64,000 nt of DNA from the NCBI GenBank assembly GCA_000004695.1, contig CM000155.2:1440001-1504000 (forward strand), given 5' to 3'. The DNA comes from Dictyostelium discoideum. Its lineage: Eukaryota. A program made the position numbers and the translations under genes. Positions within the stretch are counted from its first letter, which is position 1. Every line of letters begins with the position of its first letter. The notes under the pieces were generated by a model. The model searched no databases. It had not been told where the DNA came from and worked only from the letters and a program-made list of their open reading frames with translations. This document shows, one piece after another, positions 42,971 through 56,322 of this stretch.

Positions 42971-43268
42971 ATGAATAGAGCTTTAATCTTAACTTTTGTA
43001 TTGTTTTTTGCACTTTTTGCAATTTCAAGTGCAGTAAATGTTGAAAATGATTTTTCAAGTCCAGTATCTCAGTGTAAGTGTCTATGAAATAAAAAAAAAA
43101 AAAAAAAAAGAAAAAAATAATAAAAAAAAAAAAACTATTAACCATTTCCAAAAATAAAATTATACTCTTAATAATATAGTTTGTGCAACATTAAGTGAAC
43201 TTAAATGTTGGATAAATAATATTTGTTTTTGGAGTACAGCAGACAAGAAATGCAAACCATTACATTAA
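42971..43268 (-). other. No minus-strand feature here. It is listed only to flag that the real candidate is on the + strand (next entry).
   Basis: Placeholder, intentionally at very low confidence. Confidence 0.01.
42971..43268 (+). CDS. Putative small secreted Cys-rich peptide of ~63 aa, 2 exons (42971..43073, 43180..43268).
   Basis: The ATG follows an A-run. Exon 1 reads 'MNRALILTFVLFFALFAISSAVNVENDFSSPVSQ' (signal peptide) and ends at donor CAG T|GTAAGT (phase 1). The acceptor is ataatatag|TT. Exon 2 reads '(F)CATLSELKCWINNICFWSTADKKCKPLH*'. The mature part has 4-5 Cys. It is below the ORF track's length cutoff, and there is no homology anchor. Confidence 0.3.
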
Positions 43269-43430
43269 TAAAGTTTCTATTAAATAATTAAGTTTAAAAA
43301 AATAAAATCCATTTTCCCACTCAACTTTTTTTTTATTTTTTTCAACTTTTAAATTTTTTTATTTTTTTTTTTATTTTTTTTATTTTCTCATCCTGAAAAA
43401 AAAAAAGTTGAGAGTGGAAAAAAAAAATAA

Positions 43431-43970
43431 ATGGATACCAATAATACCAATAATATAAATAGTTTAGAAAATCCAATTGATTTAGAGAATGATCCAAATA
43501 TATTATTTACAGAATTAAATGTTAAATTAGAAAGTCTAATAACATTTTTAACAAAGAATGATAAAGATAATCAAATTTTTGTTGATGAAATAATTGATAA
43601 TAAAGTAACGGATTTATTGATAGCATCAAAGGAATTAGAGAATTATTTCATATCACAACAATCTAAATATAGTGCAGAGAAAAATAAAATTCAATTAAAA
43701 CAAGAGATATATAAAGTTAAAAAGGAAATTGAAAATAAGGATCGTTTAATTGAAAGATATAAAAATAAAGTTAAAGAATGGAAATACCATTTCGAACCAC
43801 TCTATCAATCTCAAAATCATATCTTACATTCAACAGCTCAAGGTTTATCAGGTATTGAAAATCAATTCTCACCAGTTTTCACACCAATGCCAAATACACC
43901 AAGTATTCTTCAAAATTTATCACAAGCAAAACCATCACCTTCATTAGGACTTGGTTCAACAATTTTGTAA
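43431..43970 (+). CDS. Hypothetical coiled-coil protein of 179 aa, single exon.
   Basis: The tool ORF starts 'MDTNNTNNINSLENPIDLENDPNILFTELNVKLESLITFL...KNKIQLKQEIYKVKKEIENKDRLIERYKNKVKEWKYHFEPLYQSQNHIL...' and ends in a Q/S/P-rich tail. It has A-rich upstream context and a clean stop. Heptad-like K/E periodicity is visible. I do not recognise a family. Confidence 0.5.
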   Translation: MDTNNTNNINSLENPIDLENDPNILFTELNVKLESLITFLTKNDKDNQIFVDEIIDNKVTDLLIASKELENYFISQQSKYSAEKNKIQLKQEIYKVKKEIENKDRLIERYKNKVKEWKYHFEPLYQSQNHILHSTAQGLSGIENQFSPVFTPMPNTPSILQNLSQAKPSPSLGLGSTIL

Positions 43971-44063
43971 AAAATAAAAATTTAAAAAATACACACATAC
44001 ACACATACTTTTTTTTTTTATAATTTTTTTATTTTTTTATTTTTTATAATTTTTTATAATTTT

Positions 44064-45303
44064 TTATAATTTTTTATAATTTGTTGGGACAAACGGCATT
44101 TTTGAAATTGTGGCAGTAATTGGTTTACCACGAATTGAAACATTGACTTGAGTACCGATTTTAGAGAAAGGAGTTTTAACGTATGCCATTGAGATTGATT
44201 GACGGGTGATTGGGGAGATAGTGCCACTTGTGACTTTACCGATTTCTTGGTTTGTTGAAGGGTCGAGGATTAAACAACCTTCACGAGCAGGAGCACCATT
44301 GATGATGACACCAACACGTTTTTGTGGACAACCATCCTTTTGTAATTGTTTTTGAATGATTGAAGCACCTGGGAAACCACCTTCTTCTCTACGACGTTTA
44401 CTAATTAACCAATTGAGTGATGCTTCGATTGGAGTGATATCATCATTTAAATCATGACCATACAAACAGAGACCAGCTTCTAAACGAAGTGAATCTCTAG
44501 CACCTAAACCAGCTGGTTTAATACCACTTTCAATTGAGGCATTACTAGTTGCTAAAAACAATTCAGCCAATCGTACGGCTTGTTTTGATGGTACGGAAAT
44601 TTCAAAACCATCTTCACCTGTGTAACCACAACGTGTCACTATGCAATCGATACCTGCGATTGTCATTGGACGTTGTGTCATAAATTCCATATTGGTAATA
44701 TCTTGATCTTTTACGAATTTTTGTAATATTGATTCAGTGGTTGGACCTTGGATAGCGATCAATGAGAGATCTTCCAATAATTGCATACTTACATCGTGTG
44801 TTGGATTGACAGATTTGAATTCTTTAATCTTTTCATTAATATGTGAAATATCTTTATCTGCACAACCTGCATTGACAACTACATACAATGAATCACCAGC
44901 ATTGGTAATCATTGTGTCATCGATGATACCACCTTTCTCATTGGTGAATACTGATAATTTTGAATGTCCAGTTGGTAATGCTTGTAAATCTGCTACTACA
45001 ATTGACTCAAAGAATTTAACACGATCTTTACCATGAATTCTTAATTGTCCCATATGAGAAACATCAAATAATCCACTCTCTTTTCTAACATGTAAATGTT
45101 CTTTCATAACACCTGCTGGATATTGAACCGGCATTTCCCATCCACAAAATGGTACCATTTTTGCTCCTAATTCTTTATGTAATTCATTTAATGCTGTTTT
45201 TTTTAACTAAAAATTTTATTTGTTTTTTTTTTAATTTTAATAAAAATATAAATAATAAATAATAAATAATAAATAATAAATAATAAATAATAAATAATAA
45301 ATA

Positions 45304-45363
<60 letters not shown>

Positions 45364-45449
45364 TAAAAAGAAATACATACTTCATTTGATGATGAAAAAT
45401 AACGTTTATTGGATTTTTGAATAATTTTAATTATATTTTGTGAAATCAT
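44064..45449 (-). CDS. gcvT: Aminomethyltransferase (glycine cleavage system T protein), mitochondrial precursor, ~403 aa, 2 exons. On the minus strand they are 45381..45449 and 44064..45206.
   Basis: Exon 1 reads 'MISQNIIKIIQKSNKRYFSSSNE' (a presequence) and ends at donor GAA|GTATGT. The 168-nt intron contains a (TTATT)n/(ATT)n repeat. The acceptor is aaatttttag|TTA.

Exon 2 reads 'LKKTALNELHKELGAKMVPFCGWEMPVQYPAGVMKEHLHVRKESGLFDVSHMGQLRIHGKDRVKFFESIVVADLQAL...GYTGEDGFEISVP...'. This matches the GcvT/AMT family throughout, and the length equals the human AMT (~403 aa; this is recalled, not checked). Confidence 0.9.
45290..45360. repeat. (ATT)n microsatellite with flanking (ATAAATA)n-like repeats inside the AMT intron.
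   Basis: 'aataataataat...' ×~20, preceded by 'aataaataataaataat' heptamer repeats. Confidence 0.9.
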
Positions 45450-45476
45450 TGTGTGTTTTAAAAAGAAATCTTTGAT

Positions 45477-45515
<39 letters not shown>

Positions 45516-45787
45516 TGATGACCAAGTTCAAAAAAAAAAAAAAAATGAAAATAAAAATAATTAGAAAAAAAAAAAAAAAAATATCTTCTGAACAAAGAAA
45601 ATGAATTAAATAAATGTTAATAAAGTTGTTTTTTTTTTTTTTTTTATTTTAAAAAAATTATTTTATATTTTTTTTATTTTTTTTATTTTTAAATTAATAA
45701 AGATGTTGTTTCTTGGTAATATTAACCTTTTTTAATTACCAAGATATTTATACCTTCAAAAAATCTCTTGAAAAAAATTAATTTTTC

Positions 45788-45833
<46 letters not shown>

Positions 45834-46292
45834 ACACATTCTGATAATATAAAAAATAAAAAAAGATAATTTAAAAATAAACTAAAGATTTTTATTTTTC
45901 AATTTAAATAATAAAAGAATAGACATAATAAATATGAAATACTAATAATAAAAATAATAAAATAATAATAAAAATAATTAAAATCAATAAAATGATATTT
46001 ATTTGTATTATAACCATTTTGAAATAGTCATCTATATAAAATAACATCTAATGTCCAAATTTATAATGATTTGAATTAATTTCGCTGCTATTTTTTTAGT
46101 TGTCATAATTTAATTTATTAAATTTAATATTCATTGAAATTTCAATAAAAAAGGAAATTCCCATTAATTATTTTTTTTATTTTCGAATTAAAATTCATTT
46201 TTTTTTTATTTTTTATTTTTTTTTTTATTTTATGTAAAAATAAATTAAAAAAAAAAAAAAAAAAAAATTAAAAAAAAAAAAAAAAAATACAA

Positions 46293-46547
46293 ATGATCAT
46301 CACCCTTCCAAAATTCATAAACAAAAACAAATTAAATTCAATTTGTAAAAATAATAATAAATTTTTAACCCAATATTTTTCAAATAATAAAAATAATATT
46401 AACAAATCCACTATTATTTATACAAATATAAATAATAATAATAATAATAATAATCATTTTCTAAATATAAATAATAAAAATAATATTAATAATTTTTTAA
46501 ATAATAATAATAATTTTAATTATAGTAAAAATTTTTTAACAACAACA

Positions 46548-46583
<36 letters not shown>

Positions 46584-48689
46584 TTAAAAATGGAAGAATT
46601 AATTAAATTAAATTTCCCAAAATCAGTTGAAGAATATAAAAAACAAAGTGAAGAATTAATGGAAACTTATGATAAAGGATTGAAAGAAATTATTGAAATT
46701 CCAAAGGAGAAGAGAACTTTTGCAAATACATTTGAAGCTACAGATAAATTGGATGTAAAATTTAGAAATATTGAATCAAGTTTAACATTTTTAGCCAATG
46801 CAAGTACTGATGAAAAGGTTAGAGATGTTGCTAATGAAGTTGAAGCAACCTTATCAAAATATTCTATTGCAACCTCAATGAGAGAGGATCTCTATCAAGC
46901 CTATGTCGATTGTTGTAAACAAAACAATGACTTTAAAGAAAGCGATCTTAGTAAGGAACAATTGAGATATGTTAGTAAGACATTGGAAGGTTTCGAAAAG
47001 AATGGTCTTCAATTACCAAAGGAGAAAAGAGAGAAACTTAAGGAAATCATGACTAAAATCTCTGACAATTCCATTAAATTCTCAAAGAATATAGCTGATG
47101 ATAAAACTAAATTATCATTCTCAATGGAGCAATTGAATGGTATTCCAAAGGAGACAATAGAGTCATTTGAAAAGGATGAGTCTAAACCAGGCAACTATTT
47201 CATCTCTTTAAAGTATCCAGATGTAATACCAACAATGAAATATTGTACAGTTGCAGAGACTAGAAAAGCCGTTGAATTCGCCAATGGTTCAAAATGCATC
47301 AAAGAGAATACCCCAATTCTAGAGGAGACATGTAAACTTCGTTTTGAAGCTGCTCAACTCTTGGGTTTCAAAGACTGGGCTTCCTATAAATCAAATTATC
47401 TCATGGTTAAGTCAAATGATAACATTCAATCCTTTGAAGAGAGAATGAGAAAGTTATTAACCCCACATGCTGTCACAGAGTATGACAGATTGAAACAACT
47501 CAAAAAGAAGATTTACCTCGAAAAAGGTGGCAACCCAGAAACCTATGACGATCATTACTACTCCTATGATAATGCTTTCTACAATAATGTTATGTTGGTC
47601 CAAGATTATCAAGTTGATAATAATTTAGTCAAAGAGTATTTCCCATTCGAAGTTGTCATTAAGGGTATTTTCAATTGTTATCAAGAACTCTTGAATGTTA
47701 AATTCACAGAGGTACCAGCCTACCAACCATGGCATGAAGAAGTTAAAATGTATTCATGTGTTGATACAGCAGATTCTAATAAATTGTTAGGTCATTTCTA
47801 TATTGATTTATTCCCACGTGAGGGTAAATATTCTCATGCTGCAGTATGGCCATTAATTCCTGGTTATGAAAGAGCCGATGGTGAAAAGCAATATCCAGTA
47901 GCTGCAATGCTTTGTAATTTCACTAAACCAACTCCAACCACTCCATCATTATTAACCCATGATGAGGTTGTCACTTTTTTCCATGAATTTGGTCATGTTA
48001 TGCATAATATGTCTACCAAAGTTCATTATTCAATGTTTAGTGGTACAAGTGTAGAAAGAGATTTTGTTGAATGTCCAAGTCAATTATTTGAATTTTGGTG
48101 TTGGAATAAAGATGTACTCGTCAATAAATTATCTGGTCACTATAAAGATCATTCAAAGAAATTACCAACTGATTTAGTTGAAAGAATGATTGCTGCAAAG
48201 AATTTAAATGTTGCCATCTTTTATCTTCGTCAAATTCAATTAGCTCTCTTTGATAATGCTATTCATAGTGGTAATCCTGCAAACTTTACCAATACTGCTG
48301 ATCTTTATCATCGTATTGCAACTGATGTAGCTCTTAATCCAAATCAAAAAGGTACTAATCCAGGTTGTTCATTTGGTCATTTATTAGGTAAGTTTTTTAT
48401 TTTTTATTTTTTTAAATAATAATAATAATAATAAACTAATTATTTTTTTATTTTAATATTATTAGGTGGTTATGATGCTCAATATTATTCATATCTTTAT
48501 TCTGAATGTTTCAGTGCTAGTATCTTTGAAATTTTCGATAAACATGGTGTTATGAATAAGGAATTAGGTGCTAGACTTCGTAATCAAGTTTTGGCTGTTG
48601 GTGGTTCACAACCAAGTAGTGAAACTATTGAAAACTTTTTAGGTAGCAAACCAAATGAAGCTGCTTTCTTAAAAACTATTGGTCTTTAA
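46293..48689 (+). CDS. M3-family zinc metallo-oligopeptidase (thimet oligopeptidase / saccharolysin-like), ~772 aa, 2 exons (46293..48387, 48466..48689).
   Basis: The HEXXH zinc site is 'VVTFFHEFGHVMHNM'. Conserved M3 blocks include 'KEYFPFEVVIKGIF', 'LLGHFYIDLFPREGKYSHAAVWPL', 'ECPSQLFEFWCWNKDVL' and 'LRQIQLALFD'. The donor is TTA G|GTAAGT, the intron is 78 nt, and the acceptor is tattattag|GT. The last exon reads 'GYDAQYYSYLYSECFSASIFEIFDKHGVMNKELGARLRNQVLAVGGSQPSSETIENFLGSKPNEAAFLKTIGL*' (M3 C-terminus).

The N-terminal ~100 aa are N-rich with a possible targeting sequence. The true start could instead be Met 'MEELIKL' at ~46590. Confidence 0.85.
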
Positions 48690-49406
48690 ATAAACTGAAA
48701 ACTATTTTTTTTAGTAAAACAAAATAAAAAAAAGGTTAATATATATATATATTTAGAAATTTTATTGTTTTTATTTATTTTTCTCACTTAAAAAAAAATA
48801 CATATATATTAAAAATTAATGTGATAAAACATATCATTTTTATTAGTATTTGGTAATATTTATTTAACCAAATTAATATTTAAATACGTAATTAAAATTA
48901 TTATAACCGATGAGTGAACCAAAGAATGATTCATTGCCTTAGTTATGAAGAATCTTCATTGATTGATTGGATAATATCGAACCATCTAACATTCCAAGAA
49001 TTACAAAAAAAACGAAAAAATCAAGAAACGTAAAAATAAATAAATTAAAAGAAATAAAAGAATAAATAAAAAAAAAGAAATAAAAGAAAAAAACTACTTT
49101 ATCGTTTCTTTAATTTTAAAGAAAATTTAATTATTAATTTTTAAATTAAATCAAATTTGATAGGTTTTCTTTTTAAACTTTAAAACCATCAATTATATAA
49201 TCTAATACAAAAAATATGCATTAATTAATAACAATAATTCATCACCAACAAATATTAATTTATTTTTTTTTAACTTTATTAAATCAATTTATCTTTTTTT
49301 TTTTTTTAAATTAACTAAAGTGTTATTTTAAAATTTTAATTTTAAAAGTAATTTATTTACAAATAATAATTAATTTTTTTTTTTTTAAAAAAAAAAAAGA
49401 AAATAA

Positions 49407-50889
49407 TTAAATTGAATAACCAAAAGAATCAGTTAAAGAGTTAATAAAATAAGTATAAAATGGAATTAAAGATTTTATGTACTTATAAGAACCGAGGAAT
49501 CTATCAACTAAAAGGTTACATGCATTATTATCATGAACAATTTCTTTTGCGTCATTACTATCATTACCAGCTTCTAAAATTCTTTGATGCATTAAAGATT
49601 CATATTTATTTAATCTTTTATGTAGATTAAATTCTTTTTCTTCATTATCAACTTCAAATAAACAATCAATTAAATCACAAGAATCAGCCATACCTTCATT
49701 AATTCCTTTACCAGCATATGGAACAATAGTATGAGCACTATCACCAATTACTATACATATTTTAAATTATAAAAAATAAAAAAAAAAAAAAAAAAATATT
49801 TTTTTTATCAATATTATTATTATTTTTTAGTTCAAATATAAAAAATAATAAACAAAACTCTTACATGTAATATTTGATTTAGATTTCCATTCAATCATTG
49901 GTTCAAATGGTATTGAATATAAAGGTCTTGTAATAAAAGGTTCAACTGCATTATCTAATAAATTTTTATAAATATCACTCCAATCACTTAATACATTATT
50001 TTTAATAAATTCTTTAATTTCTTTAAATTCTTTTTTTTTAAAATCAAATCCAGATTCTTTAATCCAATTTTCTTTTTTTTTTTTTTTTTTTTTAAAAAAA
50101 AATAAAAATAAAAACATTAATATTATAATTATTATAATTATTTATTAAAATAATAAAATAAACCTTACCATCTCTTTTACATGATAAATAAATAATTAAA
50201 TTACCATCACCTTTTAATTGAACTATAAAACCTTTTTCATCACTTAAAGCATAAAATAAACCATTATCAACTAAATCATAAATTTCTGGGCAAACTTGTT
50301 TTGGATTTTCAATTTCGAATTCAATTAAAGTAATACCAGAATATTTGAGAGAGATATCATTTACATATGGACGAATTTTAGAATTTGCACCATCTGCACC
50401 AATTACTAAATCAGCTTTTATTGATGTACCGTTTTTAAATGTAACAATTGTTGTACCATCCAATGGTTGTTCCTCCAATGAAATGAAATGATGATTCCAA
50501 AGAATTGTATCTGGTAATAAAGAATCAATTAAAAGTCTACGTAAATCACCACGATCAATTTCAGGTTTCTTTGAATTAATTTTTAAATGTGGTTTTCTTA
50601 GAATTACTTTCCCATCCTTATTTGCAATCGTAATTGATTCACCCTCTGGTCTACAAATATTTTTGAAATCTTCAAATAAATTAGCTCTCTTTATGAATCT
50701 TAAACCAGTACTTTCATGTAAATCCAAACTTGATCCACCAATTCTAGTATTTCTATCAACATCTCTTTCCACAACAATTACATTCTTACAACCTTTTTCT
50801 TGTTGTAATAATCTTGCTAATGAAAGTCCTGCTGGTCCTGCACCAATAATTAAAATATTTAAATCTTTAATTTTTTCATTAATCGACAT
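49407..50889 (-). CDS. FAD-dependent aromatic-ring monooxygenase (salicylate/kynurenine hydroxylase-like), ~423 aa, 3 exons. On the minus strand they are 50169..50889, 49865..50071 and 49407..49750.
   Basis: Exon 1 reads 'MSINEKIKDLNILIIGAGPAGLSLARLL...NVIVVERD', the Rossmann GxGxxG FAD site. It ends at donor GAT G|GTAAGG. The acceptor is aaaaaag|AA.

Exon 2 reads 'ENWIKESGFDFKKKEFKEIKEFIKNNVLSDWSDIYKNLLDNAVEPFITRPLYSIPFEPMIEWKSKSNIT'. Its donor is ACA T|GTAAGA, and the acceptor is gtatag|TA.

Exon 3 reads 'LIGDSAHTIVPYAGKGINEGMADSCDLIDCL...', the GD(S/A)AH...G.G.N motif of class-A flavoprotein monooxygenases. Confidence 0.8.
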
Positions 50890-51264
50890 TTTTTATTTTT
50901 AATAATATGAATTTAGTTTCCTCTAAAAATAAATAAAAATAAATATTTAAACCACATTTATAAAATTTAAAAAAAAAAAAAAAAAAATTTGTTTTTTTTT
51001 TTTTGTAAAAGTTAACAGAAAAAAGTTCAAGTATGAAAATCAAATTTATTGCATCATATGTATGTTTTCCATTTTTGGTTTTAAGCACCTGGTATCATCA
51101 TGTTTCTATAAGCAAACAAAAAAAAAAAAAAAACAAATTGAGAAAAAGAAAAGAAAATAAAAAAATTTTCATATGAAAAAAAAAAAAAAACTGTTTCCAG
51201 TTGCTTAAAGCAAAGTAGTTTTTTTTTTTCAATTTTTTTTTTTATTTTTATTTTTATTTTATTT

Positions 51265-51330
51265 TTATTTATCAGATTTTGAATTATCATCTTGATTAGT
51301 AGTAGTACTATTACTATTTGTATTAGTATT

Positions 51331-51390
<60 letters not shown>

Positions 51391-53730
51391 TTCTTGTTTA
51401 ATATTTAAAGATAAAGGTGGTGGAATATAAGGTTTAGTTTTCATTAAATGAACAATAGCACCAGGACTACTTAATGATGGAGTACCAGAACTAGAAGGAG
51501 TACCATTATTAGGAGTTGAACCAACTGAAGAATTTCTTAATTTATTAGCACCATTTAATTTTAGTTGAGCTTTTTTCAATTTATAATCATTGCCAGTTGT
51601 AATTTCTGATGGTAATTTATCCAATAAGAAATTAATATTTAAATTTTTAAAGTTTGGTAAAGTTTGAAGTGATTTTAAGATTAAATGTAATTCCTCAATG
51701 AGGGTTTCATTTCTAAAGCAAACACGAATATCACTAATGTTTGTCTTTTTGATATCATTACCACCAGAGTTTGCATAGTCTGGACCTAACCAATGAGATT
51801 TTACATTATGTTCGAAACCACTTTGAAGTACTGAGTTTCTAGCGATTTCACAAATATCGCAAACTGATAATCTCCAAACTTGAGTTGCAATACTGTATTC
51901 CTCCATTAAAGGTTCTTTAGTGTAATGGAATTGAAGTGGATCATCGGTAGAGATTGAAACATTTAAACCACGAGCAAAGAAAGCTGGGAAAGGATTACGA
52001 TTATAGGTTAGGAAGAGGGAATTATTTGAGAGGGGTGACATTGCAATACCGATTTGAGTTAGATAGTAGAGATATTGTAATACTGGTGTCTTACGAAGAT
52101 TAATACCATGATTGATGCCATGAGCCAAATAGAAAGCGGCACCCATGTGATCGACCTCACCAGCTTCACCACTATGTGGTCTAAGTGTGAGAATATTCAA
52201 TCCCTTCTCCTCTCTAAATTGATTCAAAGTGTAAAGATTTGCATAGAGATAGTAGAGATAATAGGTGTATGGTGGATTATGCTCTGATGACCATTCGCCA
52301 GGTACAGGGAATTTCTCGGTGAACTTCTTTTCAAACTTTGATTCATCATCGACACAATCTATACCAACCACTTGTTGAAGGAATAAATGTAACTTTGGAT
52401 GAGATGATGGATCTTTGGTAACTTCGAATAATGGATGGAAAACGTTATTTAAAAAGTCTTGGAAAGTTGTTGTGGAGGTCTCTCTATAGACATCATATAA
52501 TCTTGGTACTTGAATTAACCAACGAACTTTGGTTGAGAATAAATCATTATCAACGATCCATGATGCTAATGTATCCCATTCACTCATCTTTCTACCATAG
52601 ATTGATAAACGATATTCAGCACATTGATATTTCGATGACTCTAAATCTGTAAATACCTCTTTACTAATCTCTGCTAAATATTTACCCTTTATTAAATTAT
52701 CTGTCTTTAAAAAGATTTCTCTTAATCTACTCTGTCCGCATGGATTATATTTTAAATTAAATTTATCAAATCTATGGAATGTATTATTATCGGCCTATAA
52801 AAAAAAAAAAAAAAAAAATATTAATATATTATTATTAATATTATTATTATTATAAATTATTATTAATTATATACATTACATGAACATCTAAAGTATCAAC
52901 ACTTAATTCATCAACATCTAAATTTAAACTTTTAAAAACTTCAGCTAAAGTTAAATATTTATCATCACGGAAAATTACAATTTCATTTGGATTCTCTTTT
53001 AACTTTCTTTTGATGAATTTTAATAGATGTTTTTGGTTCATAGAGGAGGAGTGATGAACGTGAGTATCAACCTTTCTAACATTATAGAAATCTCTATGGG
53101 GTGCAGTTTTTTGTTGAAATAATTCCAAAGAGTCATTTAAGAGTGTATGCATATTGAATTTGGATTCCAACAATTGTAATCTCTTAAAAGTGAATGTCTT
53201 GGCTGGACCATAACTACTTAACATCATCAAATTGTTAATGTCCTTATAATAGGATGCCAATGTATGTGGTACACTAAAGAGTGCTTTATTGGATTTCATA
53301 TCGGTTTCATTGGAATACACGAAATAAACACCATTAACCTCTTTAAACATATGCTCTGTGGCACAATTGGTACTTTCATCGGATTCGAATGGTGAATAGG
53401 GTGGCTTTTCTCCGACTGGTGCATCGGCTTTCCAAATCTTTGGATGGAAAACATATTTTTCCCTAAGATTAATTGCATCTAATAATTGTTCTGCTACTTC
53501 TGCATACTCTTCAATCTCACTTTCACTCTCATTTGTTAAAATAATTCTTTGAAAGAGTTGAGTTTGATCTTTTCTTGCCATATTAAATGTAAATGAATTA
53601 ATTTTATCCTTTATTATTATTATTATTATTATTTTATTATCATTTATTTTATTAATTATTATTATTCAAATAAAAAAAAATAAAAAAAAATAAAAGAATT
53701 TTTTAATTTTAATATTAAATTATAAGTTTT

Positions 53731-53772
<42 letters not shown>

Positions 53773-54036
53773 TTATTTTTTTTTTTTTTAATTTTATTAT
53801 TAAATATTTTTTTTTTAAAAAAAAAAAAAAAAAGAAAGAAAGTTTAAAATAATAATGTTAATTAATTGAACTAAACATATCAAATGTTTTTTTTTTTTTT
53901 TTCACAAAAAATTAAAACTTACATCTTCCATATAATTTCTATAAGTAAAGTGTGAGGCATCACTGCCTCCTTCTTGATCAAGTTCAGATTCATAAAATGA
54001 AACTTGAGGAGATGATCCTCTTAAAGGTGTTGACAT
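51265..54036 (-). CDS. amdA: AMP deaminase, ~790 aa, 3 exons. On the minus strand they are ~53913..54036, 52880..53608 and 51265..52794.
   Basis: Exon 1 reads '[38 protein letters not shown]' and ends at donor GAT|GTAAGT. The acceptor is aataaag|GAT.

Exon 2 reads '[24 protein letters not shown]...[25 protein letters not shown]...' and ends at donor CAT|GTAATG. The 85-nt intron has acceptor ttttatag|GCC.

Exon 3 reads '[33 protein letters not shown]...[45 protein letters not shown]...[43 protein letters not shown]...'. These blocks match the conserved AMP deaminase catalytic domain ([17 protein letters not shown] etc.). The exon-1 boundary is ±2 nt. Confidence 0.9.
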
Positions 54037-54396
54037 TATGTTGTTGTTGTTGTTGTATTATTATAAAATAAATAAAAAAATTTTTTTTTTTTTTTTAAAA
54101 GAAAATGTGGAAAAAAAATTTGATTTTTTTTTTTTTTTTTTTTAATTTTTTTTTTTTTTTTTTTAATTAAAGATATTTATTTTTAATTTTATTTTTATTT
54201 TTTGTAATTGTGATATTTTTATATTGAATTGGGTGTATACAAAATTGAAAAATTATTTAAAATATGAAAATTTACAAATATAGTTATTTATTTATTTATT
54301 TATTTTTATTTTTATTTTTATTTTTTGTTTTGTTGGTAAGTTGGTTTTTGATTGAAATGAAAAAAAAAAAAAAAAAATCATTTAAAAATGAATTTG

Positions 54397-54452
<56 letters not shown>

Positions 54453-55561
54453 AAAAAAAAAAAAAAAAAAGAAAAAAAATAAAAAATACACATTTTTTGA
54501 CCATTCATAATTCAAAGAATATTATTTTTTTTGTAAAATGATCACGAAGCTTTTAATTGCTATTTAAAATATTTCATTTTATTTATTTATTTATTAAAAA
54601 TAATTACTTTAAATATCATTATTATAAGAATTACCAATTATAGAAACATAACTTTCACATTAAATATAACTATCATCTGAAATTTTAATAAATTAGCAAA
54701 AATTTCAAATAAATTAATGATCTTGATGTTTTTGTATTAATGAATCTATTTTTAGTTCAAATCAACTTATTAAATAAAATTTTTTTTTTAATTTTAATTA
54801 TTCTGTAAATGGATATTAATTTAATTAGTTTAATCTTTTTTTTTTTTTTATAAAACTATTTTTATTAAAACAACTTTTTTATTTAAAAATTTAATTAAAA
54901 AACTCTTTAAAAAAATTATTCTGTAAATGGATATTAATTTTAATTAAATTAAAATTAGGTTTGAATTAGGCACTTTTTGACAATAACCAACTTTAGAATC
55001 TCCTTCAAATAATTTAAGTTCAAATTCATTAAATAAAAATAATAAAAATAATAATAATAATTAATTTTTACATTTGATGTTTTTTTTTGTATTCAATGAA
55101 GATTTTTGTGTTACCTGAAAAACAATTAGTTTTTAACAAAGCCATCATTATTAAATATTAAAAAAATAATATCAGATGTTAAAATTTTTTTTTTTTTTTC
55201 TTATTTATTTGAAAAGCTAACAGATAGTTCTAAAGATTTAATAAAAAATAAAATTTTAAAAAAAAATTAATATTTTTAGATTTTTTAAATATCTCTTTGA
55301 ATTTTTTTTTTTTTTTTTTTTTTTTTTTGATATGGAATGTGAAACAACGAAAAAAAATCTTTTTTTTTTTTTTTTTTTTTTAATTTGTTTTTTTTTTATT
55401 TTAGACAAAAATCTTTGCAAGGGTATTGCGTAAAAAAAAAACTCTTTTTTTTAAAAAAAAGTTTTCATAAAATTTTGATTTTTTTTTTCTTTTCACAAAA
55501 ATAATAATAACCCATTTTAATAAACTCTTTTTTTTTAAATTTTATTTATTTATTTATTAAT

Positions 55562-55624
<63 letters not shown>

Positions 55625-55666
55625 TTTTCTTTTTTCTCTCTTGTAATATATATATTTATTTATAAC

Positions 55667-55721
<55 letters not shown>

Positions 55722-55739
55722 GTAAATATTACCATAATT

Positions 55740-55746
55740 TTCCAAC

Positions 55747-55782
<36 letters not shown>

Positions 55783-56079
55783 GATTCAACTTCAGTAAAA
55801 GAAACAGATGTTGCTTTATATACAAAGCCTCAAAGAAAACAAAGTATTAGAGAGAGATATACATCAAAATTTTCAAATGTTGAACAAAATTTATTGAAAA
55901 CTGATGATGATGATGATGATGATAATAATAATATTAATATTAATAATAATAATGCAACAATTACAACAACATCAACCACCACCACCACCACCACAACTAG
56001 CACAACAAAAACCTTTACTATTTCAACTGATAATTATGATGAAGATGTGAATGATGATCAAGATGAAGGTGATAGTGGT

Positions 56080-56177
<98 letters not shown>

Positions 56178-56322
56178 AATTAAGAATAAATTAAATCAAC
56201 TTGAGACCAGTAGTGATCTAGATTTTAACAATCAAAATAATAATAATGAAGATGAAGATGATGAATTCTTATCAAAGGATGATAACATAGAAGAAATACA
56301 AAGAAATCAAAAAGGTAATTAA
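55740..56322 (+). CDS. Possible exon or ORF encoding an acidic, Asn/Thr-rich low-complexity polypeptide. It has no in-frame ATG, and its status is uncertain.
   Basis: The tool ORF 55894..56322 begins at a TTG, not an ATG. The frame stays open upstream as '...GDSTSVKETDVALYTKPQRKQSIRERYTSKFSNVEQNLLKTDDDDDDDNNN...EDEDDEFLSKDDNIEEIQRNQKG'. It ends where a GTAATT donor-like site overlaps the stop (AAA G|GTAATTAA).

It contains no Met at all, so it cannot be a standalone CDS. It is either an internal or first-coding exon of an unrecognised gene, or non-coding. Confidence 0.2.

Noticed and set aside
55894-56322. Standalone 142-aa protein-coding gene starting at the tool's 'M'.
   Set aside because: The reported start is a TTG, and the open frame contains no ATG at all. 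It is retained only as a low-confidence possible exon.
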